DNA of 63,983 nucleotides, the filler included, from Stramenopiles sp. TOSAG23-6 (taxonomy: Eukaryota): assembly GCA_900128565.1 (NCBI GenBank). It is 3 parts of 3 records of this genome, joined end to end, with 100 filler letters (N's around TTAATTAATTAA, not from the genome) between each part and the next. Parts side by side here need not be neighbours in the genome. Positions count along the whole stretch, not along the records: positions 1 to 23,912 come from LT636008.1; 2 more parts are not named here. One strand, 5' to 3'. The position numbers and the translations under genes are program-made. The notes below the pieces were generated by a model. The model did not search any database and was not told where the DNA came from. It worked only from the letters and a program-made list of their open reading frames with translations. Position 1 is the stretch's first letter; every line of letters starts with the position of its first letter. Positions 10,167-22,084 of the stretch are shown piece by piece.

Positions 10167-10512
10167 AGATGAGGCCACAAAGCTCCGCGATAAAAAGATG
10201 AGGAAAACATCAGACTACCTGGGGATTCAATAGAATCACTGGATTAGGCCTCAAATCCTCAGCCAAAAAAAAAGAAAAACAAACAGAAAAATAAAATTAA
10301 AAAAAAAACAAGGGTGTTAAAAAAAATCGAAAATTTTTATCTTTTACTTACGTGTACTATGTATCTCTTTATTTATCTAGTTACATTCAATGTTGAAGTA
10401 TTATATATATGTAACTTTGTACATTTACCTCGTATATTTTTCAAATAATATATATTATTTGATATTATTCTTGTCCAAATATGGATTGCAGTATTTACCT
10501 CTACACACACTA

Positions 10513-11939
10513 CTACTTTATATTTTTAACTGTATTTGAATCATTTGTTGTCCTCAGGAGTACAAATAATAAGTAGCAACTTAAACACAAAAGTAGTATT
10601 ACTAGAACAAGTACAACAATATTAAATGTCTTGTCTTGATTTCCTCCTGTATTTTGAAAAATAGTTCACATTCAAAATTTGTTAGATAAAAAATTTCGTA
10701 CGAAAAAAAAACAATTGAAATGAAATGAAAACATACTCGACACATTAGCTGATATGGCTTTCATTCTTTCGTTTTGTACACTCACTACTCTTCCTGAAAT
10801 TGTTTTCATTCGCTTTTCTATTGATATTTTTTCTGAATTAGGTTTTTTTATTAATTCTTTCATTTTTTTAATTTCCATTAATTCTTTTATTTCTTTTATT
10901 TCTTCTTTTGATTTTTTTAAGTTTTCTGTGGATTCTAATACATTTTCAGTCTCAACAATCCTAGGTGAAGTTTCACATTTTGCATCTTCTTCTAAAGTAC
11001 AAGGCTGGATTTCTGTTCCAGGTGTACAATAAGTACACGCTTTGCAAAAATAATCTTTATAAGTCTTACCATTTTTTTGCCTTTCGTAATAGTTTCATCT
11101 TGTTTCTATACACTAATCCTTCATTTGGACATTTATTAACACATTTCAATTGAGATGGATCAAAAGCGTATTTGCAATTTAAACAATCATCAATATTTGG
11201 TCCAGAACAACCGTCGTTACCACATAAAGGATGGCACATTGAACATTTTCTGTCTTGATAATTATCTTTTTCTCGACCTGTACAACCACCACAAACTTTA
11301 GTAGTACTATTAGTGCTATTTTCAATACATTTTCTATCCCAATATTTTCCTAGTTGACACGTTGTGCACGGTTTACAAATTACAGGTTCAATCACTAATT
11401 TTGCAGTAAATTTTTCGTTGTTTACGACTACCTGAGTTAGAGCAGGTTTAAATCTATACGTGTCAACAGTTGGGGATCCTGGTATGGATCCTCGAGAGCA
11501 CACTTTAGCCTTCATACACTCAGCATCTCTCTTGGCTGGAACTGCGCTATAGTTAGTTGGACATTCTGATACACACTTACCATTGAAACGAACATTATAG
11601 CAATTATTACAGTGTTCTTTTAAAGTTGTTCCATATGCTCGACAACCTTTATCTCCACATTCTTGATGACATGCTTTGCAAATAACATCCTGGTCCCCTA
11701 TGCAACCTTCTGCGTACATACCAATAGGACATTTACCACAAGGAGTACAAACACCTTCAACTGAAAATGTATTTTGGAAAAATACTTCAAAAAAAATTCG
11801 TTAGGTACGAAAATTCGTATGAAAAATATATTCGAATTTGAAAAAAAATAAAACATACATTCTCCAATGGGACACTCATTCACACATTTATTATTTGACA
11901 TGAATCGCTTACAATGACACGTTTGATGTGTGCATGTAC
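10513..11939 (-). CDS. Mirror copy of the furin-like Cys-rich membrane protein fragment
   Basis: Reverse complement of 11974-13400. Confidence 0.6.
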
Positions 11940-11973
11940 ATGTGCTGTGAAAAAATATTTTTTCACAGCACAT

Positions 11974-13400
11974 GTACATGCACACATCAAACGTGTCATT
12001 GTAAGCGATTCATGTCAAATAATAAATGTGTGAATGAGTGTCCCATTGGAGAATGTATGTTTTATTTTTTTTCAAATTCGAATATATTTTTCATACGAAT
12101 TTTCGTACCTAACGAATTTTTTTTGAAGTATTTTTCCAAAATACATTTTCAGTTGAAGGTGTTTGTACTCCTTGTGGTAAATGTCCTATTGGTATGTACG
12201 CAGAAGGTTGCATAGGGGACCAGGATGTTATTTGCAAAGCATGTCATCAAGAATGTGGAGATAAAGGTTGTCGAGCATATGGAACAACTTTAAAAGAACA
12301 CTGTAATAATTGCTATAATGTTCGTTTCAATGGTAAGTGTGTATCAGAATGTCCAACTAACTATAGCGCAGTTCCAGCCAAGAGAGATGCTGAGTGTATG
12401 AAGGCTAAAGTGTGCTCTCGAGGATCCATACCAGGATCCCCAACTGTTGACACGTATAGATTTAAACCTGCTCTAACTCAGGTAGTCGTAAACAACGAAA
12501 AATTTACTGCAAAATTAGTGATTGAACCTGTAATTTGTAAACCGTGCACAACGTGTCAACTAGGAAAATATTGGGATAGAAAATGTATTGAAAATAGCAC
12601 TAATAGTACTACTAAAGTTTGTGGTGGTTGTACAGGTCGAGAAAAAGATAATTATCAAGACAGAAAATGTTCAATGTGCCATCCTTTATGTGGTAACGAC
12701 GGTTGTTCTGGACCAAATATTGATGATTGTTTAAATTGCAAATACGCTTTTGATCCATCTCAATTGAAATGTGTTAATAAATGTCCAAATGAAGGATTAG
12801 TGTATAGAAACAAGATGAAACTATTACGAAAGGCAAAAAAATGGTAAGACTTATAAAGATTATTTTTGCAAAGCGTGTACTTATTGTACACCTGGAACAG
12901 AAATCCAGCCTTGTACTTTAGAAGAAGATGCAAAATGTGAAACTTCACCTAGGATTGTTGAGACTGAAAATGTATTAGAATCCACAGAAAACTTAAAAAA
13001 ATCAAAAGAAGAAATAAAAGAAATAAAAGAATTAATGGAAATTAAAAAAATGAAAGAATTAATAAAAAAACCTAATTCAGAAAAAATATCAATAGAAAAG
13101 CGAATGAAAACAATTTCAGGAAGAGTAGTGAGTGTACAAAACGAAAGAATGAAAGCCATATCAGCTAATGTGTCGAGTATGTTTTCATTTCATTTCAATT
13201 GTTTTTTTTTCGTACGAAATTTTTTATCTAACAAATTTTGAATGTGAACTATTTTTCAAAATACAGGAGGAAATCAAGACAAGACATTTAATATTGTTGT
13301 ACTTGTTCTAGTAATACTACTTTTGTGTTTAAGTTGCTACTTATTATTTGTACTCCTGAGGACAACAAATGATTCAAATACAGTTAAAAATATAAAGTAG
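11974..13400 (+). CDS. Furin-like/TNFR Cys-rich type-I membrane protein, 5'-truncated at the palindrome centre; 2 introns and a probable homopolymer frameshift near 12835-12841
   Basis: CHxxCxxxGCxG..xxCxxC repeats; C-terminal TM segment FNIVVLVLVILLLCLSCYLLFVLL; stop at 13398-13400. Confidence 0.75.
12055..12146 (+). other. Family intron, GT...AT (92 nt); in-frame alternative CAG at 12152
   Basis: GAA T|GTATGT...CGTACCTAAC...CCAAAATACAT|TT TCA GTT. Confidence 0.75.
13177..13266 (+). other. Family intron with canonical GT...AG ends (90 nt)
   Basis: TCG A|GTATGT...CGTACGAAATTTTTTATCTAAC...TTTTTCAAAATACAG|GA GGA. Confidence 0.8.
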
Positions 13401-13746
13401 TAGTGTGTGTAGAGGTAAATACTGCAATCCATATTTGGACAAGAATAATATCAAATAATATATATTATTTGAAAAATATACGAGGTAAATGTACAAAGTT
13501 ACATATATATAATACTTCAACATTGAATGTAACTAGATAAATAAAGAGATACATAGTACACGTAAGTAAAAGATAAAAATTTTCGATTTTTTTTAACACC
13601 CTTGTTTTTTTTTTAATTTTATTTTTCTGTTTGTTTTTCTTTTTTTTTGGCTGAGGATTTGAGGCCTAATCCAGTGATTCTATTGAATCCCCAGGTAGTC
13701 TGATGTTTTCCTCATCTTTTTATCGCGGAGCTTTGTGGCCTCATCT

Positions 13747-14382
13747 TCAAAGCGCCCCAAGACGGGACACAGCCCGGGTCCGTCTTTGTGTGGGCCGACG
13801 CAGCCACACATGATTTGCGAATTCTCTTGCGAAATGTGTGATATTATCGCGATCATCGTGGCTAGGTTGTTCAAGAAATTGTTGAATTCTGGCCAAATTT
13901 CCTTCATCTTCATCTTGAAAACCTTCAAAATCTAAGTCAAAATCTTTTGGGCCACCCGAAAACGCTCGCAAAAACTCTTCTGCGTGGCGGCCTAAATTAC
14001 GTTCAATTTGTTCAAGGATATGACGAATATCAGCAATTGCTAATATTCGTTGTATCTCTGAAGAAGTTGAACGTGCAACCTGATCCGCTTTCCTGGCTTC
14101 TTTTTGCCATATCATGAATATATCTCGCAAAACGTCATCTACGCCGATTTCTTTTAGATCTTCCAGTTCAAGGCCGCCAAAATCTTCGTAGCGTGTAACA
14201 CCAAATTCGTGAAATTGTGCCGCTAAGTTTGCCAAACTAGGGTCAATTCCACGAAGGATACGACTGACAGTATCAAGTTCTTCACGATCACCACCATCAG
14301 CAGCATCCCCAGCATCCACGTGTATACCCATTGTTATAAGTGTTATAACACAGCAAAGAATGAGTATAGAAAATGTTTTCAT
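13747..14382 (-). CDS. Mirror copy of the secreted hypothetical protein
   Basis: Identical to 9531-10166. Confidence 0.6.
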   Translation of the reverse strand: MKTFSILILCCVITLITMGIHVDAGDAADGGDREELDTVSRILRGIDPSLANLAAQFHEFGVTRYEDFGGLELEDLKEIGVDDVLRDIFMIWQKEARKADQVARSTSSEIQRILAIADIRHILEQIERNLGRHAEEFLRAFSGGPKDFDLDFEGFQDEDEGNLARIQQFLEQPSHDDRDNITHFAREFANHVWLRRPTQRRTRAVSRLGAL

Positions 14383-14969
14383 TGTTGGAGTAAGTAAAAT
14401 TTTATGCTGTTCTTTTCAATCTTAGTTTTAGTAAAAAAATGAAAACAACCGTTAGAAGAAAGTAGTACTCGTGTAGTCGTGTAGTCAGGTAATTCGCCTC
14501 GTCCGTTATTATTAGGTTGTTACTTACTTACGAAAAAATGGTACGAATCTCATAGCGAAAAAAAAAGTCCAATATATTGTTTTTTTTACTCTTGCATTTT
14601 TTTCGGATTTCGTGCACATGGTAAATTACTAGTAATTTGATCCTAAGACGAATAAAAAACATTAATAATAATAATGGAGAAGAATAAAGAAAAACCAAAA
14701 GTTTAAAAAAAATTGAAAGAAAGGTTACAATGAACAATGAAACGCAATAAAACGGAAGAAATCTAAAAGAATATTATGATATGAAAAGTGGTATACATAT
14801 ACAAACAACACATCAATTAGGGTTAGGGCTTTACGTACAAATGCGCGAATTGAGAATTGGACGTCAGTCAAAACGGTGGTCGAGTCACGAGTCTCGAGAG
14901 ATATTATTGCGCGACGACGTATTTATTTAAGGAAAGTAACTCTTAGGCGTGTATGCTTGTAAAGGTATC

Positions 14970-17225
14970 ATGACTGGTGCAACTAATGAAATATATGATG
15001 AAGATTTGACGGTTTTGATGGACGCTGCGAAAGAAGGTAAAATGGAGGCACAGTTTGTTTTAGCTTGCTGCTATGAGAATGGTCAAGGTGTTCGTAAGTG
15101 CCAAAAGACTGCGTTTGGGTGGCTTGAAAAGGCTGCGCATCAAGGTCATATAGAAGCAGAGTATCGTATTGGCATATTCTATTGTTGCGCAATAGGTGTA
15201 CCTAGAAGTACAAAAACTGCAGTCAAATGGTTCGAGAAGGCTGCCGAACAAGGTCACATAGATGCACAGTTCTGGACAGGAATGGCCTACTCTCAAGGCG
15301 ATGGTGTTACTAAAAATGAGACGACTGGAGTAAAGTGGGTTAAGAAAGCTGCGGAAAACGGGTTTCCGAGGGCAATGTATGAATTAGGAAAGTGGTACTT
15401 ATTAGGCGATGGTGTTACTAAAAATATAACAACCTCAGCAAACTGGATTGAGAGAGCTGCGAAACAAGGTCATATAACAGCACAAGTTGTTACTGCTCAA
15501 AACTACACGGAAGGCAAGGGTGTTACAAAGTCCTTGGAAAAAGCAGCAGGTTGGTATAAGGAGGCTGCAAATCAAGGTAATTCAGTGGCCCAATATAATA
15601 TCGGTCGCTGTTATTCAGATGGGGAAGGTATTGATCAATGTATGGAGACTGCGATAGCATGGTATAAGAAGTCGGCAGAACAAGGTCAGTTAGAGGCACA
15701 ATTATACCTAGCTACTATCTATCAAGGTGGTATGAATGTTAGTAAATGTATGAAAACTGCATTGCACTGGTATGAAAAGGCTGCGGAACAAGGCTGTAAG
15801 ATGGCCCAGCTTCAATGTGGTAATTTCTACTATAATGGTGACGAGGGTGTATCTAAATCGCTGAAGACTGCTGCAATTTGGTATGAAAAGGCTGCGGAAC
15901 AGGGTTGTATGGAAGCACAGTTTCAACTGGGTCTCTGCCACGCAGTCGGTGATACGTATGGGGATGATTTCGCCACTTGTTATAAAACAGCAGCAAAGTG
16001 GTATGAAAAGGCTGCAGAACAGGGCTGTCGAGTGGCACAGTGTCGTCTTGCTGGGCTATATGAGGATGGTAGTGGTGTTAATAAAAATATGGAGACTGCA
16101 GTAATGTGGTATGCGAAGTCAGCGAAACAAGGTTATTTCTTCGCACAGTACAATCTAGCTTGCTGTTATAAGGAAGGTAAAGTTGTTCAAAAATGTCTAA
16201 AGACTGCAGCTGAGTTATATGAAAAGGCTGCGGAACAAGGTCATTTATTGTCAGAGTATAATACAGGTAACTGCTACCATTCTGGCGAGGGTGTATCTAA
16301 ATCGCTGAAGACTGCTGCAATTTGGTATGAAAAGGCTGCGAATCGAGGTCATGATTTGTCACAGTTGTTTCTAGCTGATTCATACTACAATGGCTGGGGT
16401 GTTAATAAATGCCTAGAGACTGCATTTAAGTGGTATAAGAAGGCTGCAGAACAAGATCAACCAGAGGCACAGTACTCTCTAGGCTATTGTTACCTTTATG
16501 GCGAAAGTGTTAGTAAATGTCCAAAGACTGCATTTAAGTGGTATAAGAAGGCTGCAGAACAAGGTCATCCAGAGGCACAGTGTGCTCTAGCCTATTTGTA
16601 CTATTTTGGCGAAGGTAAATGTCCAAAGACTGCATTTAAGTGGTTTGAAAAGGCTGCAGAACAAGATAATTCAGATGCACAGTATAATGTAGGTGCTTTC
16701 TACGCTAAGGGCGAAGTAGTTACTAAATGTCGAAAGACTGCAGTGGCGTATTATGAAAAGGCTGCGAAACAAGGCCATCCAGCAGCACAATGTCATTTAG
16801 GGATCTGCTATAAAGAAGGATCTGTTGTTACTAAATCTATTGAAAAAGCAGTAAAACTGTTTGAGAAGGCTGCGAAACAAGATAATTTAGATGCACAGTT
16901 CCAGTTGGGTGTCTGCTATAGAGAAGGGCATGGTGTTAATAAATGTTTGAAAACTTCGCAAAAATGGTTCCGAAAAGCACGGAGAACAAGTGTTGTAGAG
17001 GATATGAAACATTTAAGCGTCTGGGGTCCAGTAAATAACTCGCGAACTGCTGCCTTAAAGCGTAGTACCATTATGGCCTGCTTGAATTGTTCTACAGTAA
17101 AAGAAGATAAATGTAATTTCTTCCAATGCGGGCGTTGTAAGTCTGTAGCTTACTGTTCTAAAACATGTCAAAGGATCCACTGGAAATTACACAAAAAGCA
17201 GTGCAAACCAAGCGTCCATAAGTAG
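14970..17225 (+). CDS. Mirror copy of the SEL1-repeat/MYND protein
   Basis: Identical to 6688-8943. Confidence 0.85.
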   Translation: MTGATNEIYDEDLTVLMDAAKEGKMEAQFVLACCYENGQGVRKCQKTAFGWLEKAAHQGHIEAEYRIGIFYCCAIGVPRSTKTAVKWFEKAAEQGHIDAQFWTGMAYSQGDGVTKNETTGVKWVKKAAENGFPRAMYELGKWYLLGDGVTKNITTSANWIERAAKQGHITAQVVTAQNYTEGKGVTKSLEKAAGWYKEAANQGNSVAQYNIGRCYSDGEGIDQCMETAIAWYKKSAEQGQLEAQLYLATIYQGGMNVSKCMKTALHWYEKAAEQGCKMAQLQCGNFYYNGDEGVSKSLKTAAIWYEKAAEQGCMEAQFQLGLCHAVGDTYGDDFATCYKTAAKWYEKAAEQGCRVAQCRLAGLYEDGSGVNKNMETAVMWYAKSAKQGYFFAQYNLACCYKEGKVVQKCLKTAAELYEKAAEQGHLLSEYNTGNCYHSGEGVSKSLKTAAIWYEKAANRGHDLSQLFLADSYYNGWGVNKCLETAFKWYKKAAEQDQPEAQYSLGYCYLYGESVSKCPKTAFKWYKKAAEQGHPEAQCALAYLYYFGEGKCPKTAFKWFEKAAEQDNSDAQYNVGAFYAKGEVVTKCRKTAVAYYEKAAKQGHPAAQCHLGICYKEGSVVTKSIEKAVKLFEKAAKQDNLDAQFQLGVCYREGHGVNKCLKTSQKWFRKARRTSVVEDMKHLSVWGPVNNSRTAALKRSTIMACLNCSTVKEDKCNFFQCGRCKSVAYCSKTCQRIHWKLHKKQCKPSVHK

Positions 17226-17313
17226 TTCTTGAGGAGTATAGTGTGAAAGTTGAGTTTATACAAAAAGTATTCAAAAAAAATATAAAAAATGTACTTTATT
17301 ATTTTAAAAAACC

Positions 17314-20300
17314 TTAACTGTTTTTTGATCCAGTAAATGCGGCATAAATAGAAATTGTCACTACAAAAACAAAAACAAAAATCATCTCAAAAAATACGGA
17401 TTTTCCCGCGACTCTATCATGTGATTTCCTGCTCATTCTTTTGACTGGCGTCTCAAAATGTAATGGAATAAAATTTACTTTACGGAATCCCATAGTATTA
17501 TGCAAATGTTCTTGTTCTAATCTAAACCAAGACCACATATAATGTGAATTTTTTTTTTTTTTTAATGGAAAAAAAAAGTTAGGTACGAAATTTCGTATGA
17601 AAAAAAAATCATACAAAAAAAAAAGTAAAACATACATACAGCGACGTAATATTTCAAGAGGTCCTAAACAAGATAGAAAAAAAACATAATTTGGAGTTTC
17701 AAGAAAATGACCGACAGATTTTGAGCCAGGTAATAGAGTAAGGCACCAAATAAAACGACCTAAAGCATCAAATACTATTGCAGTATAATAAAGATGTCGA
17801 TTATTGACACCAAACATTAAATGCTTTCGCAATCCATCCGGACGTGAAAGCAAACCCCAATCCATGTATTTTGGAAAAATATTTTTTTAATAAAAAATTG
17901 TTAGGTACAAAATTTTCTATGAAAAAAATATTCAAAATTCAATTTTGAAAACGTACATTTTTATGTCCCAAAGAAATGCATATATTGTGGCAATCAAGTA
18001 AGATGTAATCCATGCCCATTCAAAACTGTTTGCATGAGAATAATCTGTCTTAGCCCACATAGGATGCATCGTACCAAATAAGACTACTACATGTGATACT
18101 GCATACTTCATTGCATTACCCATGGATTATGAAAAAATATTTCAAAAAAAAATTGTTACGTACAAAATTTCGTTTGAAAAATAATTTAGACAAAAAATTG
18201 AAATGAACACGTACATTGATGGCCAGCGCTTTCTTGTATCATAGTACACTCGGAGATTTTGTTGCATTCGAAGCCACAAAGGTAGAAAACAAATAATAGG
18301 AAGAATGATTCTGGTATATGTGTCTGATGACGTACATATATTGTGAAAATATATATATATTATTTTTTTTCTTTGTAAATTTTGTTTTGTTACCTACAAA
18401 ACTAACTAAGAAAACATAAAAAGATAACCCTAACCCATGATGAAAACGTACAAGCCATCAAATTGTGTGATTTAGATAATTCTTGATGATGAAGAACGAA
18501 TCCGCCACTTCCCATATAACATACTGTATATGCCAAATCTGTTAAAGGCCTCACTAGAGATGTCGCAATATCACCAATAAATGACGAAAGAAAAGTCACA
18601 GGAAATAATGGAGCAAAAAAAACTTTTCCAATTTCTTTAATTATTCTCCAACTCCATTTTGTATGGAGGCATAAATAAATTAACCAAAATGTGATCATCA
18701 AGGGAACAATACCAGTCAATAATATATGGAGAAAAAACATATTTTCTATTTTTAGCTTGCTAAATAAGAGAATCGATACAAGGAGTAAAATTGAGTTGTT
18801 TGTTGCAGAATAAAATATCTGCTCATATGTGAGAGAATTTTCTGGATCTAATCCGAATAAGTATATATAATTAATACGAGCATTGTATTGTGAAAAAATA
18901 TTTCAAAAAAAAAACTTGAAAAATCGTTAGGTACAAAATTTCGTATGAAAAATAAAAAAATGAAATTCATAAGAAATAAGTACTTGGTCCACAGATAAAC
19001 AGATATTCCACAACACCACTGAATTAATACACAAGACAATAATAATCGAAACACAGGGAGTAGTGGATGCACCATGAGAGCGTATACCGTCTCTTTAAAT
19101 GGAGTTACATGCATTTGAAAAAATATTTCAAATTCGAAATTTGTTACGTACGGAATTTCGTATGAAAAAAAATTAATTTCATATTTAAAAAAAAACGTAC
19201 ATTAATCCAGATGACCCAAAACAATAGAATTATAAGCATTCCTGAGTGGAGACCAGATCGAAACATATACCAGTCACTTTTTGGTTTTTGTTTTACAAGT
19301 ATTGTAAAAAAATATGTTTTCATATTTGAGATTTGTTAGGCATATGAAATTTTAGGGTTAGGGTTTAAAAAAAAATTTAGGGTCAGGGTTTTAAAAAATT
19401 TTTTGAAAATAAAANGGACAACGTACAAGCAAAAGCGCCCGAGCCACAGAACGCTCACCTCCGCAAAACTTATTTGCATATAATATTTCAAGATCATTTG
19501 AAAGACCTTTAATTGAATCTTCATGATGCGAAAAATGTGTTGATGAAAAATATGTCAAATTTGTTTTTTTTTGTTAGGTATGAAAAACAATATACAATTT
19601 CAGATTCGGATAAAAAAATTAAAAAAAAATAAAATTGAATTTTTCAAATTTGAAATGAATAATGAAAGAATACAGAATGCGATCTCACATTGTCCATTAC
19701 TAATTTTGCTACTTCTTTCCCACCAGAACATAATAGTGGTAGCGCAGTCGGGATAGATGAGTAAAGATTACCGTAGCTTTTACTACGATGAAAATTTGTA
19801 TTCTCTCTTTTCAACAAATATTCTGTCTCAACCTTGACCATATTTTTCTTAAATTTTTTTAAGATTTTAATGAATCCGGTCAAATTTAAAACAGCAAAAT
19901 TTTCCAATAAACAAATACATCTATACAAATCTGTACATGCACGATGAATAGAACCTTCATATGCCTTTCGTTCTTTATCAATGAGTTTCAACTTCGATGA
20001 ATCAGACTTAGAAAGTTCCTTTTTATCCTTGAGAAGATTTGTATCTTCATCGATTTCATCTTCAATTAATGATTCATGCCCTTGTACATTTGTCAAAAGT
20101 TCTAATCGTTCGCGACACTCTTGGAGCTTCGATATAAAGAACTCATCGACTTTTTGGACTTCTTCAAGACAACCACTTATGAAAGTTTCCTCAAGATCCG
20201 ATGCCTGATTTCCAGAAGCTATTTTTGCATCCACAGTGTCATCACTACTCTTCGCGGTGATAGGAGCAGGCGAAAGTATATGTGACAACAATGACGTTGA

Positions 20301-20495
20301 AGATGATGGAGCTGAATGGTCTCCAGCCAATGGTATGACTACGGAACGTTGTGGGGCGTCTTGCTGCTGTTGTAAGAGCTCACGGTGACCTCGACATACT
20401 TCTACAATCAGTTTCTTCAAACGTTTGTAATCCATGTAATGATTTTGCCACTCGACGACGGCATTTGCAGTTAACTGGTGTCCGAATTGTACCAT
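17314..20495 (-). CDS. XPR1: Mirror copy of the SPX-EXS gene (8 introns)
   Basis: Identical to 3418-6599. Confidence 0.85.
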
Positions 20496-20863
20496 CTTTG
20501 CAACAGCAAAACCTTAGGGGGAAATCGTGTGCGACACAATGTGTAATACAGTTTAATATTATTGCAATTCGCAAAGGTAATCAAAAATATTATGGACGCT
20601 CTGGCCAAGGGAATGGCTGTCAAAAAAATAGTTTCTGCTCTTTTCGATTTTTCAAAATCCGTATTGAAAATTCGTGAAGCGGTTTTTACGTACAAAAAAA
20701 TGGTACGAATCGAAATACGCCGATCGATATCTTTTAGGTTGCGATCTTTTGACCACGACACTTACACGTAGGACTACTACTACTAGTAACTGTTAGTAAC
20801 TAATCTAATCACAAGATCTTTTAAGTTTTTAGATACAAACCAGATACAAACAACAGCAAAAAC

Positions 20864-21751
20864 ATGACCGATTCAGCGATATTGAGAGCGCTCAGGGAAG
20901 CGAAAAACAAGGCAGTTGATGAAGAGAACTATGAAGAGGCCGCCGAACTCCAAGCCAAGATCAGAGCGGAGGAAGCAAACATCAGAGCGAAGGAAGATAG
21001 AGACACAGCATCTCAGATGGCACTGTTGAACCTCGGAACGGAGGATTACAGGGGCGTTTTTACATTTAAGGGTGGTGTGAAGAATGGTAAGGGCGAGAAG
21101 AGCTGGGCGAATGGCGATGAATATGCAGGCGAATTGAAGGATGGCATTGCAAACGGCCATGGCGTGTACAAGGAGCACGATGGTTCTAAATACACTGGCA
21201 ACATGTTGGATGGCAAGTACCATGCCAAGGGCGAGATGGTCTACAAGAGCGGAGCAAAATATGATGGCTGGTGGAAGGATGCCAAACGCGAAGGTAAAGG
21301 TACCATGATCTATGTCGATGGTGCCAAGTTCGTTGGTGACTACAAGGATGATAAACGCCAAGGTAAGGGCTCATATACCTTTATGTATGTTTTAGTTTTT
21401 TTTAATTTCAAATTTAATATTTTTTTCGTACGAAACTTTGTACCTAACAATATATATTTTTTGAAATGTTTTTCCAAAATACATGCAAGTGGTAACACGT
21501 ATGTTGGTGACTACTTTAACGACAAGCAAGAAGGCAAGGGTACGTTCTACTGGATAAAAACCGGCAATACGTATGTGGGTGACCATAAGGATGGCGAGTT
21601 TCATGGTTATGGCGTCAAGAAGGATAAAAAAGGCAAAGTAATCCACGATGGGGAGTGGAAGGACGGCAGCCCAGTCAAAGCCAAGAAAGCAGGCAAGAAG
21701 AAGACAGCCAAGAAATCTTCTTCTTCTAAGAAGAAAAAGAAGAAGAGGTAA
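20864..21751 (+). CDS. Mirror copy of the MORN-repeat gene (intron about 21385-21484)
   Basis: Identical to 2162-3049. Confidence 0.85.
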   Translation: MTDSAILRALREAKNKAVDEENYEEAAELQAKIRAEEANIRAKEDRDTASQMALLNLGTEDYRGVFTFKGGVKNGKGEKSWANGDEYAGELKDGIANGHGVYKEHDGSKYTGNMLDGKYHAKGEMVYKSGAKYDGWWKDAKREGKGTMIYVDGAKFVGDYKDDKRQGKGSYTFMYVLVFFNFKFNIFFVRNFVPNNIYFLKCFSKIHASGNTYVGDYFNDKQEGKGTFYWIKTGNTYVGDHKDGEFHGYGVKKDKKGKVIHDGEWKDGSPVKAKKAGKKKTAKKSSSSKKKKKKR

Positions 21752-22084
21752 CAACAATAACAAGCAACACTAAAACTACATGATGTACACGTACGCATAG
21801 CAAATGATTGTGTAGGCACTGAAATGTGATACCCAGCAGGACCATACAGCTACAATACTTCATTTGTTAATTTATTATATAAAACGGTATACTTAGTAGT
21901 ACGTACTACAGTTTCATTTAAAACATTTACCTCTTTTATTTATAAGATTACCTTCACCAACTGTTTTAACAAACATTTGACAATTGAACAAAAGTTCTCT
22001 ATTTTTCCACATCATGTCATCATCATGCATGCTTTTACCAATCATATCTTAAGATATGTCAATAGTTCAGTTGGCAACCACAAA

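Noticed and set aside
12830-12850. Programmed ribosomal frameshifting (also at 28033-28040)
   Set aside because: Both sites are A7/A8 homopolymers and need shifts in opposite directions; sequencing error is more parsimonious.
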